From NCBI RefSeq assembly GCF_000281045.1, contig NW_008246069.1, positions 502,326-562,470 on the forward strand: 60,145 nt of DNA. The letters are read 5' to 3'. Position 1 is the stretch's first letter; each line of letters begins with the position of its first letter. Both the position numbers and the translations under genes were made by a program. Below, in pieces: positions 1 to 12,260 of the stretch. This DNA comes from Saprolegnia diclina VS20 (Eukaryota). Under the pieces are notes generated by a model that was given only the letters and a program-made list of their open reading frames with translations, was not told the origin of the DNA and made no database searches.

Positions 1-93
1 CAGCTTGTGCACGTTTGCCATGGCCACGGCTTCTCGCACGGAGGCTGTGCTCATCGACATGCAAGTGTAGAGTGCTCAAGATTTACTTCTATA

Positions 94-637
94 CAGCGGT
101 GGAAGGAATACAAGGAGGTTAATATGACCTCTAATCCAGCGATCTGATTGGCTGAACGGGCCGGCCGGTGAGACACTTAAACCCCTTGCAGTTCATATCC
201 TGTGTCAAGCCATAAAACCTTTTGAATATGATATCTACGATTTGTGTGGATTGTGATGACGCATCGTGGCCCTAGTGATTACGCATCATGATTAGTAATC
301 AGTCAACACAGCCAAAGGGGATCTTCAGGACCTTACTGACCTCGTCAAAAGGTCTCGTCTGCATCATCTTAATGGCCTCCACCTTCTCTGTGACTTTGCA
401 CCGCTGGCGACGCTTTTTTGGCCTCATGCTCGGCTGGATCGTCTGCAAGACGATACCCAATCGCGGAATGGCCGTGACACGTCACATGGCGACACCCATA
501 TCGCTTCCCCACACATCTTTATACCTTTCACAATAAATTTTATAAAGTCTCGATGATGCAGTTCGGCCGGCCCGTTCAGCCAATCAGATCGCTGGATTAG
601 AGGTCATATTAACCTCCTTGTATTCCTTCCACCGCTG
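94..637. mobile_element. Non-autonomous Tc1/mariner-type MITE (544 bp)
   Basis: Perfect 74-bp terminal inverted repeats at 94-167 (CAGCGGTGGAAGGAATACAAGG...) and 564-637. TA flanks both ends (92-93, 638-639). No transposase ORF inside. Confidence 0.9.
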
Positions 638-700
638 TACATCGGAAAGAAGTTGTGTGTGAGGTTTCCGTTTACATAGTGTACTCTTCACGACGTAGTG

Positions 701-1345
701 GACTTTCGCTGTCGTCTTTTTGCGCCTTCGAGCCTACGGAAGTTGTTCGATTGTCACTCTTGATTGTGCCATCGCNNNNNNNNNNNNNNNNNNNNNNNNN
801 NNNNNNNNNNNNNNNNNNNNNNNNNNNNNNNNNNNNNNNNNNNNNNNNNNNNNNNNNNNNNNNNNNNNNNNNNNNNNNNNNNNNNNNNNNNNNNNNNNNN
901 NNNNNNNNNNNNNNNNNNNNNNNNNNNNNNNNNNNNNNNNNNNNNNNNNNNNNNNNNNNNNNNNNNNNNNNNNNNNNNNNNNNNNNNNNNNNNNNNNNNN
1001 NNNNNNNNNNNNNNNNNNNNNNNNNNNNNNNNNNNNNNNNNNNNNNNNNNNNNNNNNNNNNNNNNNNNNNNNNNNNNNNNNNNNNNNNNNNNNNNNNNNN
1101 NNNNNNNNNNNNNNNNNNNNNNNNNNNNNNCGTTCGGCGTACCCGTCGTGGTCTTCGAGTTGAGAAGCATGCCCGATCACCAGAAGATCGTCGTTGTTCC
1201 ATCTTGACACGCCGAGAGTATATATATATATATACCGGTATATGAACTCGCCGCCAAAGTGCAGCGTTCCCACATCGTCAAGTGGCTTTACAGCCAATAC
1301 CCCACGGCCTGCATTAAGCCGTTCTGGTCATTTACTAAGTCTTCC
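701..1345 (+). pseudogene. Possible degenerate ankyrin-repeat fragment interrupted by the gap
   Basis: The peptides RAYGSCSIVTLDCAIA (before the gap) and LAAKVQRSHIVKWLYSQYP (after it) resemble oomycete ankyrin-type repeats. No coherent ORF can be built. Confidence 0.25.
776..1130. other. Assembly gap (N run)
   Basis: Run of N. Confidence 1.
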
Positions 1346-1630
1346 GCGCGCCCAACTTGCGTAGTGTGCCTGCAGCGATCCATATCTGACGGCCAAGACA
1401 AACACATGGACGTGGCACCAGGTGCGCCGATGGATCACGACGTGGACCGGCATCGACACTGGCGAGTCGCTGTGTCGGAGCCTCATACGAGTACTTGCTA
1501 TGTCGATTGCAGCTACGCATATTACTGCTATAAGTATTACTAGTAGAACTATGCTCTTAGAATGTGGCGTGCTTCATTTGCAACGAGTACACAAGAAACA
1601 ATATGCAGTATTAAGCGTCATGAAGCAGTG

Positions 1631-2697
1631 TCAAATCGCAAAGGAGGAATCGACGGTAGCGTGCAGACCCGCAATGCAATGCCCGCCGTCCACGCGCCAC
1701 GTGACAACCGGCAGTGCTTCCAATGGCTCGAGCATACGAGAGCAGCGGTTGGTCGATGGTCGTGATGCAAGGTTGCCGAGATGGACGCCAAGGTGCACTG
1801 CGCGCGCCGTCAGTACCCGACACAAAACACAGAAATGGAACGACGCACGTGACGAGGTCGCGGAGACGCCGAGCACTTCATGCAGCTCGATCGTCGACTC
1901 GAGCAGACGACCGTTGTGCACAAAGCAAATCGAGACAGCGTCCACAACGACAGGCTCCGAGCACATGTTTGCAATCGATATCGTCACCTATATCATGCAT
2001 GTCACGATGGATCATTGCGCGAAGAGGTATTGCAAATGTACCAGGGTGTCTGGATGGACGAGCTTCTTCATGGCAGCATTGGCTTCGCGGAGCATCATTT
2101 CGAGCACTACGCCCATCCATGAGGTGTAAGAAGACGCGCAGAAGCACGTACGCGATGGTCCGCTGTCGCTTCGCGCCTTTCTCTGCGTGGAGCTGAGCCA
2201 TCTAATGCAAGGACCGTGCACGACCATGCAGCACCTTGATGGACGACCCGACGGCGCCGCAGCGCTCCATATCCATCCACCGAAAGAGAATGAGCGCCGC
2301 CGTCGAGAACGTCTTCCACTACGTCGTCACGAGTACGCGTTGGTCGCTGCATCATGGGAAGAAGGATCGTACCAAGAGCTCGTGGGCGAGCACGAGGTTG
2401 TGCACGTCATCGACGAGGACGCGGCGCTCAAACATCATGTCGGCGCTTGCACTGGATACGTCTGATGCATGGAGCGCCGCCGCATGGAGGTCGATCTGTC
2501 GGCGGATGGCATTGGTCTCTTGGCGGACGTGGTCGCTCGAGGCGGGGAAGAGGTCGCGGAAGGCGTCGATAGCAGTCCCAAGGCTTGCATGGAGCGCGTC
2601 TTCGACTTCCAGAAGCGCACGGAGCTACACCCGCTGGATCAGCCGCCATCCTGCATGCTTCACATACACAGACCTCGTCTTCCACTCGGATCTCCAT
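1631..2697 (-). CDS. Multi-exon hypothetical protein (3' end uncertain)
   Basis: ATG at 2697 follows an INR/FPR-like motif. GT-AG introns join the exons MEIRVEDE | LRALLEVEDALHASLGTAIDAFRDLF...LAHELL | WKTFSTAALILFRW... | LHAEKGAKRQRTI | LEMMLREANAAMKKLVHPDTL | VTISIANMCSEP. Confidence 0.45.
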
Positions 2698-2714
2698 CCT
2701 CTTCCTTCCGGCCG

Positions 2715-2729
2715 CAATTGAAAATGAAG
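2715..2729 (-). promoter_or_regulatory. Oomycete INR+FPR-like core promoter
   Basis: The minus strand reads CTTCATTTTCAATTG, 18 nt upstream of the ATG at 2697. Confidence 0.6.
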
Positions 2730-2938
2730 ATCTAGTGCCCTAATTCAAGGCAGGAAGGTGGCGTGAATCTAGTTATATTAGGATTAGGACGAGGTGATGT
2801 CCGAATTGGGATGGCGATCTTGCTGTGAACGATCGCAAGTTGCACTTTCGATTGCACCAATGTCATCAACGTTCAAGCAACCGCTCATCTACCTTTTGCA
2901 TGTAAGTACCAAGATCCCAAGAGTATTGCGTAGAAGAT
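2730..2938 (+). repeat. Dispersed repeat copy A (inverted homologue of 22789-23024)
   Basis: 2745-2785 is an exact 41-bp reverse-complement match to 22969-23009. Gapped similarity continues on both sides. Confidence 0.9.
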
Positions 2939-3192
2939 GAAGACGAAATACTAGAGCAGTGTGCTCCAGAGAAAACGATGGGCCGCAAGCCTACATCGAT
3001 GTGTCGAGACGTGTCGACAGTATCGATGCGAGTTCGCGGCGCCACGTTTTCAGTGCAGCACACTGTGAATCGTTAGTTAGTAGACTGTCTACTGGAAGGC
3101 TGATCTACGGACGAGGTCGTCTGCTCGTTCAGCGACTACAAGCAGCGTCACTTGGGATCATGTCGCAACGTACATACCTCGATGACAAGGCG

Positions 3193-5580
3193 TCAACCAA
3201 GCGTCTTCTCGAGCATCTCGGCCTACCAGAAAGCTTGCATCATGGGCTCATCTTCGCAGAGTCGTACCTGGTGCGAGAAAATGATGCGAATGCGGCCCTT
3301 TTCCTGGAGGTGGGGCTCGCCGTCGACCTGGACAGGCAGCGACTCACGAAGTTGAAGATCGATCTTCTCGCCTTGGCAGACGCGAGTGGCGCTGGCGAGT
3401 CCGAGCTATACAAAACATTGGTAGTCAACGCAAAGAAAACGAGCAGCACGATACGTGAATGGCGCCCTGGTGCATCGTGCTGCCGACAGCCACAACGTCG
3501 AGGAGGCCGTCGTCCATGGCGGTAGGTCGGAGCGCCGTGTGGCGGCCTCGCGCATCCTATGGCAATCATGCGCCGTTTGACGAGACACAGCGTCGGATAC
3601 CCGCTGGCCATAGGCGGGCGTAGCATCATTGCGCCAAAGCTTCGTGCCGCCAGCCTATTTGAAGGATTTGATTCAAACTCGGGAGGTAGACAAAGGAGCG
3701 CGTACGTAGCTGTCGATGTTGGTGACAATGACCGCTTCCGTCTCGGCTGGGAGCTGGATGCGCTGGCCGTCGCAGTAGAGCTTGACCTTGGCCTCGAGGT
3801 TGGCGCACGTCGGCGTGACCAGGTTCTTGGCACCGAACTATACCACGTTGCAGTCGCCATATCCCGAGTCGCGTTGACGTACCCAGGTGTACCAAGCCTT
3901 GTTGGTCAATTGGTTGGCAAAGAGCCCCGGCGATTCCTTGCGCTTCTCGTGGAACTCGAGCGCCACCTGCGCGTCGACACCCACGCCTACGTATACACAC
4001 GTGAAACGACGAGCAAAGCTGTCGCGTGCGCGCTACTGAAGTAGTTTTGGAGCGTGCACGTCTTCCGGCCGTCCATGGAGATGCGCCAGCAATCCAGCGC
4101 GCGCGTATCGGCGTTGGCGATGTCGTCCAAAGTGTCTACGACAAAATTGCCAGCTTGTACCTGCGTCAAGCGCAATGCGTCGTCGTACCAGAGATGGGCT
4201 ACGCAGCATTGGTATGTAAGAGAGAATATCGTCACGATAGGACATATACCCCACGAGCGTAGCCACCGCCCCAGTTCAAGGACCGCGCCAGGTCGTTGCC
4301 GGTGCCTAGCGGCAGGATCGCGACGGGCGGCTGGTCGCTGAGGAGTTCTTCTTCGACCAGATTGCGAATCGTGCCAAGCACCTAGGTTGCATACAGACTC
4401 ACCCAAACAAGACGACGCGAGAATGCACCCAGCCCACGGTGCCGTCGCCGCCACACACAACGATCTTGAGGCCTTCCACGTGGCGAAACTGAACGAGCGC
4501 GCTTCGCGGACCGCCCGAAGCATGCAAATCGTAGATCTAACATAATCAAAGGAGTTTGGTGCAGGCAGTACGCGCCATCGCACCTGAAGCGGGTTGAGAT
4601 GCTTGAGGAATTGCTGGACGACGTAAGTGCCTTGCTGACCGCCGCTTTTGCCGTTGATAAACACTACAAGTCCGTGATCATGCGTGTCAAATACGTGGAG
4701 GCATCGTACCCAGGAGCGGTGTCGTCTTGCGCGGCGTGACGATCTTGTACGGCTGCATTCGGTCGTCGTCGTCGTCCTGGATGACGATCGGGTTGGTCGC
4801 CGTTCTACTCGGTCGTCAGGTCGATGCTACATCTCGCAGGATGCAAGGTATACCCCATGCGGGGCAGGCATTGGACGACCTTGTTTCGAAACCCAAAAAT
4901 GAAAGAATGACCCCTACAATACAGAAGAGTGTGAGCTCAGAGAGATTGAGCGACCGAGTGATGGACCATGTCTCGTGCTGCGCGGTGTTGGCAGTTGTCA
5001 CCGGCGTGTCTTGCGTCGTCACCGACGTCGGCGCCAAGACGAGGCGACGGTGCGGCCCGTACCCGCACGTCTGGGTGCGACCGCACGACTCGTGCACCAC
5101 GTCACGGCACCACGCGCACTGGAACGCGTTCGTTCCGAAGCACGAGCCGTCGCAAATCGTGCAAGAGCTGCCCGCGTCAATGTTGTTCTTGACCCAGAAA
5201 TGCGAGTTGTACGTCGCGTTGGCCGCGACTTTGCACCGGCAGCTGTGGTCGCCGGCCGACTGCCGAAGAATGCACGCTTCGTGCGCCTTCTTGCCGCAGA
5301 CGTCGCACGCGAGGACCGTGCGCTTGACGTTGTTGGCGACCGAGTCGCACACGTTGCACCAATGAGGTCTATACAGGCGACATGAGATGCACGATCATCG
5401 ACAGCCGATGCACATGTACCCGGCGCAGTCTTCAAGGCGCCACTGATGACGGCCAAGGACGTAGGGCTTGCCTTGGTAGCGACGCTTGAGGCGCCAGAGG
5501 AAGACGGACCGCACGACCCAGTACAGGGCGACGGCGGCGGCGACGACAGCGGCGATGACAGTTGCGGTGGGCGTGTTCAT
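3193..5580 (-). CDS. DGK: Diacylglycerol kinase A (N-terminal TM, two C1 domains, DAGKc, DAGKa)
   Basis: Spliced motifs: [16 protein letters not shown]1 domains ([19 protein letters not shown]...CAWC), [42 protein letters not shown] and LPVQVDGEP. In-frame TGA at 3193-3195. Confidence 0.92.
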
Positions 5581-5595
5581 GCTTGGCCTTGGGAG

Positions 5596-5611
5596 CAAAT
5601 TGAAAAATGAG
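5596..5611 (-). promoter_or_regulatory. Oomycete INR+FPR core promoter of DGK A
   Basis: The minus strand reads CTCATTTTTCAATTTG, 16 nt upstream of the ATG. Confidence 0.7.
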
Positions 5612-5844
5612 ACTTCTAGGTCCGGATATCTATCCGGAAGATTGCTTGGTCACCCATCTGACGTGGCACGTCGAGAATCCGCGATAGACAACGACGCGTC
5701 CTGCGCGTGCCCACGGTTCGCACTGGGATATATGTAGCTCTGCCTCCATACTTGGCTCTGCACCTGCGGCCGACTCCGCGCCCACTGCATTGCATGGTTC
5801 AATACCCTTGTATTGGGGTTGCGAGCTCGTATTTGAGGGTATTA

Positions 5845-8592
5845 TCACATGTTGTACTCGACCGAGGACCGCTTCGTCGGCAGCGACTTGGACTTGACAC
5901 GCCGAACGATCTCGGCGAGGAGAATGTCGCGCTGTGTCCAAGTAATGATCTTGGAATGGCCCGCCCAATCCAGCGTCTAGCACCAGCAACATTACCATAC
6001 ATGGAAGATGTAGGAATATGAGTACCTCTGCGACTTGGCGAGCGACCGTGTCGCGCTCCTCAATCGTCTTGCCGAGCATAAAGGCCTACGAGACATTCAC
6101 ATCATCGACACCAAACATCCAAGTCGTACCTGGTGGAAGAAGGAAATGTCAATGGCGCATGCATCTTGCATGCGCGGCTCGCCGTCAATCTGAATCGGGA
6201 GTCGCTCGAGGAGCTTGATCTCAATGTGCTTGCACTGGCAGAGCCGAATCGCCTTGGAAAGCCCGACCTAGCGTCCCATGAGCATACCTCTTTTCTTATT
6301 CCTACGCAAGGTATTACCTGGAGCTGGCCCAAATGCAAGGTGCCCGTGACAGCCACGACGTCCAACAGACCGTCTTGCATCGAGGCAGGTCCAAAGAAGC
6401 GTTGCTGGCCGTGCTATAGTCGGCTTGCATCACAGAATCTCCCAAAGGCGGGGCGTACCGGCTGCGTAAACGTATACTCGTTGTCGACGTCGTTGTCGTG
6501 CCACAGCACCGAGCCGCCGCCCTACATTCATGGCTTTCATACCTTACCGGCGAGCGAGAGGACGTACGTAGCTGTTGATGTTGGCGACAATAACGCCTTC
6601 GATGCCCGGCGGCAGCAAGATCGGTTCGCCATCGCACACGAGTTGGATCTTGGTTTCCAAATTGGCGCACGTCCGCGTGATAAAGTTTTTGGCGCCAAAC
6701 TGCATGCGCCAAGCCAGTCATGCACGGTACTTCAGATTGTGGTTCGTACCCGGCTGTACCAGAGCTTGTTGATAAACTGACTCATAAAGAGCGCCGGCGA
6801 CCGCTCGCGCTGCTCGTGAAACTCGAGCGCCACTTGGGCATCGACACCGACGCCTACATTTGAAATGTAAACCAGAGGACCAAGTGACTTCGTACCAAAG
6901 TAGTTGTTGAGTACACAGTGCTTGGCGCCGTTCAGATCGACGCGCCAGCGGTCGAGGAGGCATGTGTGCGCATTCTCGAGGTCCGAGAGGATGTCTACAG
7001 CCACGTTGTCAGCACCTTCCGACACCCAAGCACAGTGAAGCAAAGTACCGCTAATGCGCTATGCACAACAACGATATGAGTGAAGAAGCGCAAGGGAAGA
7101 CGCGTACCTGGTCCGAGTAGCCGCCGCCCCAGCCCAAAATGCGCGCGAGGTCGTTGCCCGTGCCGAGCGGCAAGATCGCCACGGGAGGTTGACGCAGCAG
7201 GCCTTGTGCCACGAGTTCATCGATCGCGCCAAGCACCTACAAACAATTGTCGCTCGTAACCACGTACCAAGAGCGAGAGACCGTACCCAGCCGACGGTGC
7301 CGTCGCCGCCACAGACAAGGATCTGAAGCGCTGTCACGTGTCGGAACTGCAGCAAAGGCGGGCGAGGACCACCGGGCACCGAGAGGTCGTAAATCTAATC
7401 ACATCACATATGGGCCTTCTGATATACAAAACGAAAACTATACCTGAAGGGGATTGAGCCACTTGCGCAGCTGCCGGAGGACGTAGACGCCCATTTGACC
7501 GCCACTGCGGCTGTTAATAAAGACTACAAAATACCATCTAGCTCAGCATGAAAAGGTTGACGTACCCAAAAGCGGCGTCGATCCGATGGGCTGCTCAATG
7601 ACATACGGCAGCATCTCGTCTGTATCGACTTCAACGACCTCGGTCGTTGTAGCTCTACATTGTGCGTCAAGCCACAAGCCATAGCACACAGGACGCGCGT
7701 ACCCAGACGACTGCGGCGGCGTAATGTTCGTCTCGGTCGCCCGGCGTTGCCGCACCGTGCTAGTAGCTAGTTCAACACCAATGGACAAGCGCATCGCACG
7801 TACCCGGAGCGTGTTTTCATCGGCGACGCGTCGTCGTCCCTACAGATCGCCATCAGACTTGCTGTTACACGGCGCGAGCAAACATCGTTGCTAGCTTGCT
7901 CGAGGACGACGACCGGTGCTGGAGCGCGCGCGACTTGATTTTCTGGACAGCCGACTTGACAGATGAGAGCACGGTTGGCTTGGGCTGGATGCGGATCGAC
8001 GAGGGTGGCAAGACAAGGCGCTCGTGCGGGCCGTAGTCACAGATGGCGCTAATACCGCCATTGTGAAAGCACGTCTCGTGCACGCGGCGATGGCACCACG
8101 CGCACTGGATCGCCGAGAGCGCGAGGATGCTGCCGCAGAAGAGGCCGCAGATGTCGCACGTGTCGAGCGGATCGATGTTGCCCTTGACCCACGCATGCTG
8201 CTCGAGCGCGCGTGCGTCCAAGTCGAAGGGCACGGCCGCGACCTTGCAGGCACAGCGCTCGGGCAGGCCGCCGCCGCGCAGGTACAGCAGCGCGCAGCGG
8301 CCATGAGCCGTGATGCCGCAGATGTCGCAGCTCACAACGTTGCTGCGGATGCCGTACGCGACGGACTCGCAAATGTTGCACCAGTGCGGCCTAGCCACAC
8401 ACACGTGAGGCGCGAGGCTGGAGGCGCTTTGCCGTACCCGGCGCGGTTGTTGCTGCGCCACTGGTGGACGCCGAGGACGTACGGGCCGTCCTGGAAGCTA
8501 AAGGTGCTGAAGAAGAGCACGAGGCGGTTCGCGCAGAGGTAGAACGCGACGATGGCGGCGACCGCGCCGGCGATCGAGAGCATCCACGACAT
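5845..8592 (-). CDS. DGK: Diacylglycerol kinase B, tandem paralogue of DGK A
   Basis: [19 protein letters not shown], two C1 domains, [48 protein letters not shown] exon junction region, and last exon [27 protein letters not shown]...NM*. Confidence 0.93.
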
Positions 8593-9081
8593 GGCCAATT
8601 CCAAGTTGCGTGTTCTTAGCGCGTGGTCGCCAGCTGCCTCCGGAAGACAACTCCGGCACCCAAATTTGAAACTGTCACGGCCAGCGGTGACGTGGCCGCG
8701 TCGACAACCATGGTCGCGCCGCCAAGATGGTCACATTGCCCTTTGCTCCTCGTGTACAAGCGGCAAGAGATCGCCGGGATCGACCGCCACAAGCGCAGGA
8801 TGCAGCCCAGGAGGATTCCTTGCGACAGAACCTCTGATTACGCAAGAATCGAGGCGCGGGACCGCGTCACGGTGTAGCGTCACGCCGACACCGCCAAGGA
8901 CGCGATTCCACCACGGTGAGCCGCGCCGCAACCGGTTTACGTTATGATGTGGACGGCTATCGTGTGCTACCGGTCGACTGGCCATGCTAGGTATCTCGAT
9001 CCGACACCGTGTTCTAGCTGCAAAGCCAACGCAATGAAGGAGATGGTAGTGTTTGGACATAGCACTGGAACGTAGTAGAGG

Positions 9082-10829
9082 TCACTCGACGCTGGCTGCT
9101 GTGGCCAAGAGCGCTTCTTGGATAAAACTACACAGCGTCTATACATCAAAGGGGACGTAAACACGTCGCTGCGTACGTGGTGATGTCGCCGTCGAGCACG
9201 GCCGACGTATTCGACTTGGAGACGTTGGTGCGATGGTCCTTGACCATCTACACGACCAGTCTTCTCGTGAAACGAACCTCGTCAAGGTGGTGCTGACCTT
9301 GTACGGGTGCAGCACATACGAGCGAATCTACCGTGGCATGAGCTATCGATTTCAATCTCGAAAATGGTCGTCGTCGTACTTGGCTGCCCCACCCGTTGTC
9401 ACCGAGGCCTTGCGTGTACTTACGCCGCTCGTTTTCCCTGACCACCATGTCATTTCGAGACGTCAACAGCACAACGTACTGGTCGATGAGCTCGAGCTGC
9501 AGAAGACGCGCGCGCAGCATTTCCATCGCCGTGTCCTTGTTGCGGTGTTGCGACCGGTCCGATTGGCATTGGACGACAATATTCGTCGGCAAGTGCGTGA
9601 TTCGAATCGCGCTCTCCGTCTTGTTGACGTGCTACACAAAGAGGCAATGTGGATCGATATGAGGAGTGACGTCGCGTACTTGGCCACCCGGTCCCGACGC
9701 GCGGTAGGTGTCGATGCGCAGGTCTTTAGTATCGATGCGAATATCCCTTGCGCCTAGTCCCCGACGCTTGTCATGGCTCTGAAACGTGGACTGGGGTACA
9801 CACCTGGGACCGCCGCCGCTAGCGGAAAGACACGGACTTGGGCAAACGACGTGTGGCGTCGCGACTACGCTTCGCAATCAGAGTAAACCACTGCAAGGGA
9901 GTCGAGTACCGCGCTGTCAAAGGGCGAAATGCGAACAAGCCGGTGGACGCCGGCTTCGGTGCGCGTCCAGCCGTAAGCGTAGCTGCCTACGCATGTTTTG
10001 TTGGAGAAGAGAGATGACAGAGATGCAACCTACCGTCGAGACGCAAACACACGGATCGGTATCCTGCTTCGTCGCCGGGCACTGCATTCACGAGCTCAGC
10101 TATACAAGACAATGATGCTCCGCTTGAAAGTGATATGGCGGACGCACTCGCAAACCCTTGGTCGGTGCCCCAACGCATGTACATGCGCAGCAGCATGTCG
10201 ACCCAGTCGCAGCTCTCGGTACCGCCTACACGCTCCACCACTTAGATGAATCCTGCATGTCGCGACGTAGTCTACCGGCGCCAGCGTGGATCTCGAGAAA
10301 GCACGACGACGGGTCGGCGGGCTCGGACATGAGCAGCTCGGCGCGGAGCTTCTTGGCCGACGCTAACGCCGTCGCTAGGGACGCGACGCAGCCCGCGACA
10401 ACGTCCTCTTCATGCTCTTCCAGCGCAAGGTCTACTCATCTTCGTCGATTGTATTGTGCGTGCACAATGCGTACCAAAGAGCTCCTTGGTTTCGTCGAGC
10501 GTCTGTTGCAGCTGGTCGGCCATCGCGTCACGCTTCTCGAGAACACTGAGCTGTTGCAGAAGCTTGGCAGCGCTAGTGGCGTCGTCCCAGAGCGTATCGG
10601 ACTGCGTGGCGTGGCGAAGCTCTGCAAGCGCAGTCGTGTGCGAGGGCGACGAAAGCACCTTGGTGATGAGCGCCACGTCCGTGCTCGTCGCGTCGTGCGT
10701 CGACCAGAAGTCTGCAATCATGGCCTTTGTCGCGCGGTCAACGTCGTCGGAGCTGAACCAAGCGCGCCGAGCGCTGGCGAGCATGCTGCGCGGCCAGGCG
10801 CGGGCCGTGCGCCGCTGGACGACCCACAT
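9082..10829 (-). CDS. prfB: Peptide chain release factor 2, nuclear-encoded, probably mitochondrial
   Basis: [22 protein letters not shown] (SPF anticodon motif of RF2), [42 protein letters not shown] and LDGDITTFIQ. Arg-rich N-terminus resembles a mitochondrial presequence. Confidence 0.93.
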
Positions 10830-10990
10830 GATCCAATCCGGATCCGTCCTGAATTTCGGCATTGCCAGTAGCCTTATCCGGATATGCCGCATACAAGCTA
10901 CGAGGTCTTTATATTCGGCATCGATGCCGCAAACAATTACTTCTCTGGGATTGGTTGAAACGAGGTCCAAACGCGCTGTGATTGGTACGA

Positions 10991-12202
10991 TTAGTCTTCG
11001 TCCGCGATCTTCTTGGCAAGCATGACGACACCGTCGACCGTGTAGGGCAGAATGTCCATGTGAAGTTTGCCGGCCGACTGGGCGTGGAGAGCCTCAAATG
11101 CAGCAGGTGCGTTCTCGCCAAAGTCGTTGCCCCACACCAAGAGCTTCTTGAGCCCGCTATCGTCATTGCGCAGTACACCGTGCGCCAGGCGCGCGAGGCC
11201 GTCGTCTTCGATCGAGTTGTACCCGAGGCAGAGTGTCTCCAGCGTCGCGGACGCGCTGAGCACAGTTTCAAATGCTTTTGCGCCTTCGTCTGTCATGCGG
11301 TTGGCCGTCAGATCGAGCTCGATAATGCGCGACCCGCTCAGTAGCAGCGCAGCGAGGGCTTCGGAGCCAAAGCCTCCAATCTTGTTGGCACGCAAGTGCA
11401 AACTCGTGAGTGTTTTGTTGTCGAGCAAGCGCTCGGCGAGGACTTGGGCGCCAATGTCCGAAATGTGGTGTTTGCACAGACTCACATGCGTGAGCGTCGA
11501 GTTGGTCTGGAGCATCTTCCCGAGGTGCTGGAGCGCTTCTTCCTCGAGCGTGCGCAAGAGCGGGTTGTCCATATTGATACTCGATATGCTCTCGTTGAGG
11601 GACAAGGCGGTGGCCATCGCAATGAGGCTGCCGTGGCCCAAGTCCGTGTCGCCAATGTCGAGCGCCTCGAGGCACGTGTTGCCTTCGAGCATCTCGGCGA
11701 CAAACATGCCGCCTTCGTTGCCCATGGGGTTTCGCCGGAGGTTGAGCGACTTGATCGTCTTATTGTTGCGGAGTGCTGTGCACAAGATTGAGATGCAGTC
11801 GCTATTGAGCTCGTTCCCGCTCAAGTCGACGCGCACCAACGCGCACTTGTACCCGTCCACGTTGTTCTAGCACGACATCATGAGTCAACCTTCGACATTG
11901 GCAAGTCGACTACAATAAAGAGCTTGGAGAGTGCTCGGACGGCGCTCAGATGCGCTTCAGGATCGGTCTCGTCGACTTCGCCGATGCGGTTTTGCTGCAA
12001 ATCGATGGTCTCGAGGTCGGTGACCTCGGTCGAGAGGAGGCTCGTCGCGAGCGTGAGCACATCGGCATTCGTCACGCGGGACGCAAAGTTCTGGACCGTG
12101 TTGCCAGGAAGGATGAGTCCCGCATTGCCACTTGCCGCTGGTGTGTCCTATGCAATTGTGTCAGCTGTGCCAAGCCTTCGAACGGCGACGCACCCTGCTC
12201 AT
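10991..12202 (-). CDS. LRRC34: RI-like leucine-rich repeat protein, LRRC34-like
   Basis: Tandem LxxLxLxxNxI repeats and a C-terminal DILPYTVDGVVMLA typical of LRRC34. Two introns inferred. Confidence 0.75.
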
Positions 12203-12260
12203 GCTGCACTCAATCGGCAAACCGGCGCCCAGTTACAGTCGGTTTCGTAGTTCGACGATC

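Noticed and set aside
288..536. 82-aa ORF inside the MITE
   Set aside because: No transposase or other recognisable motif.
655..1297. Several long ORFs in the track
   Set aside because: They are open only because they run through the N gap.
9146..9151. CTT-TGA in RF2 resembling the bacterial prfB frameshift site
   Set aside because: It lies inside the last intron near the C-terminus, not at the N-terminal frameshift position.
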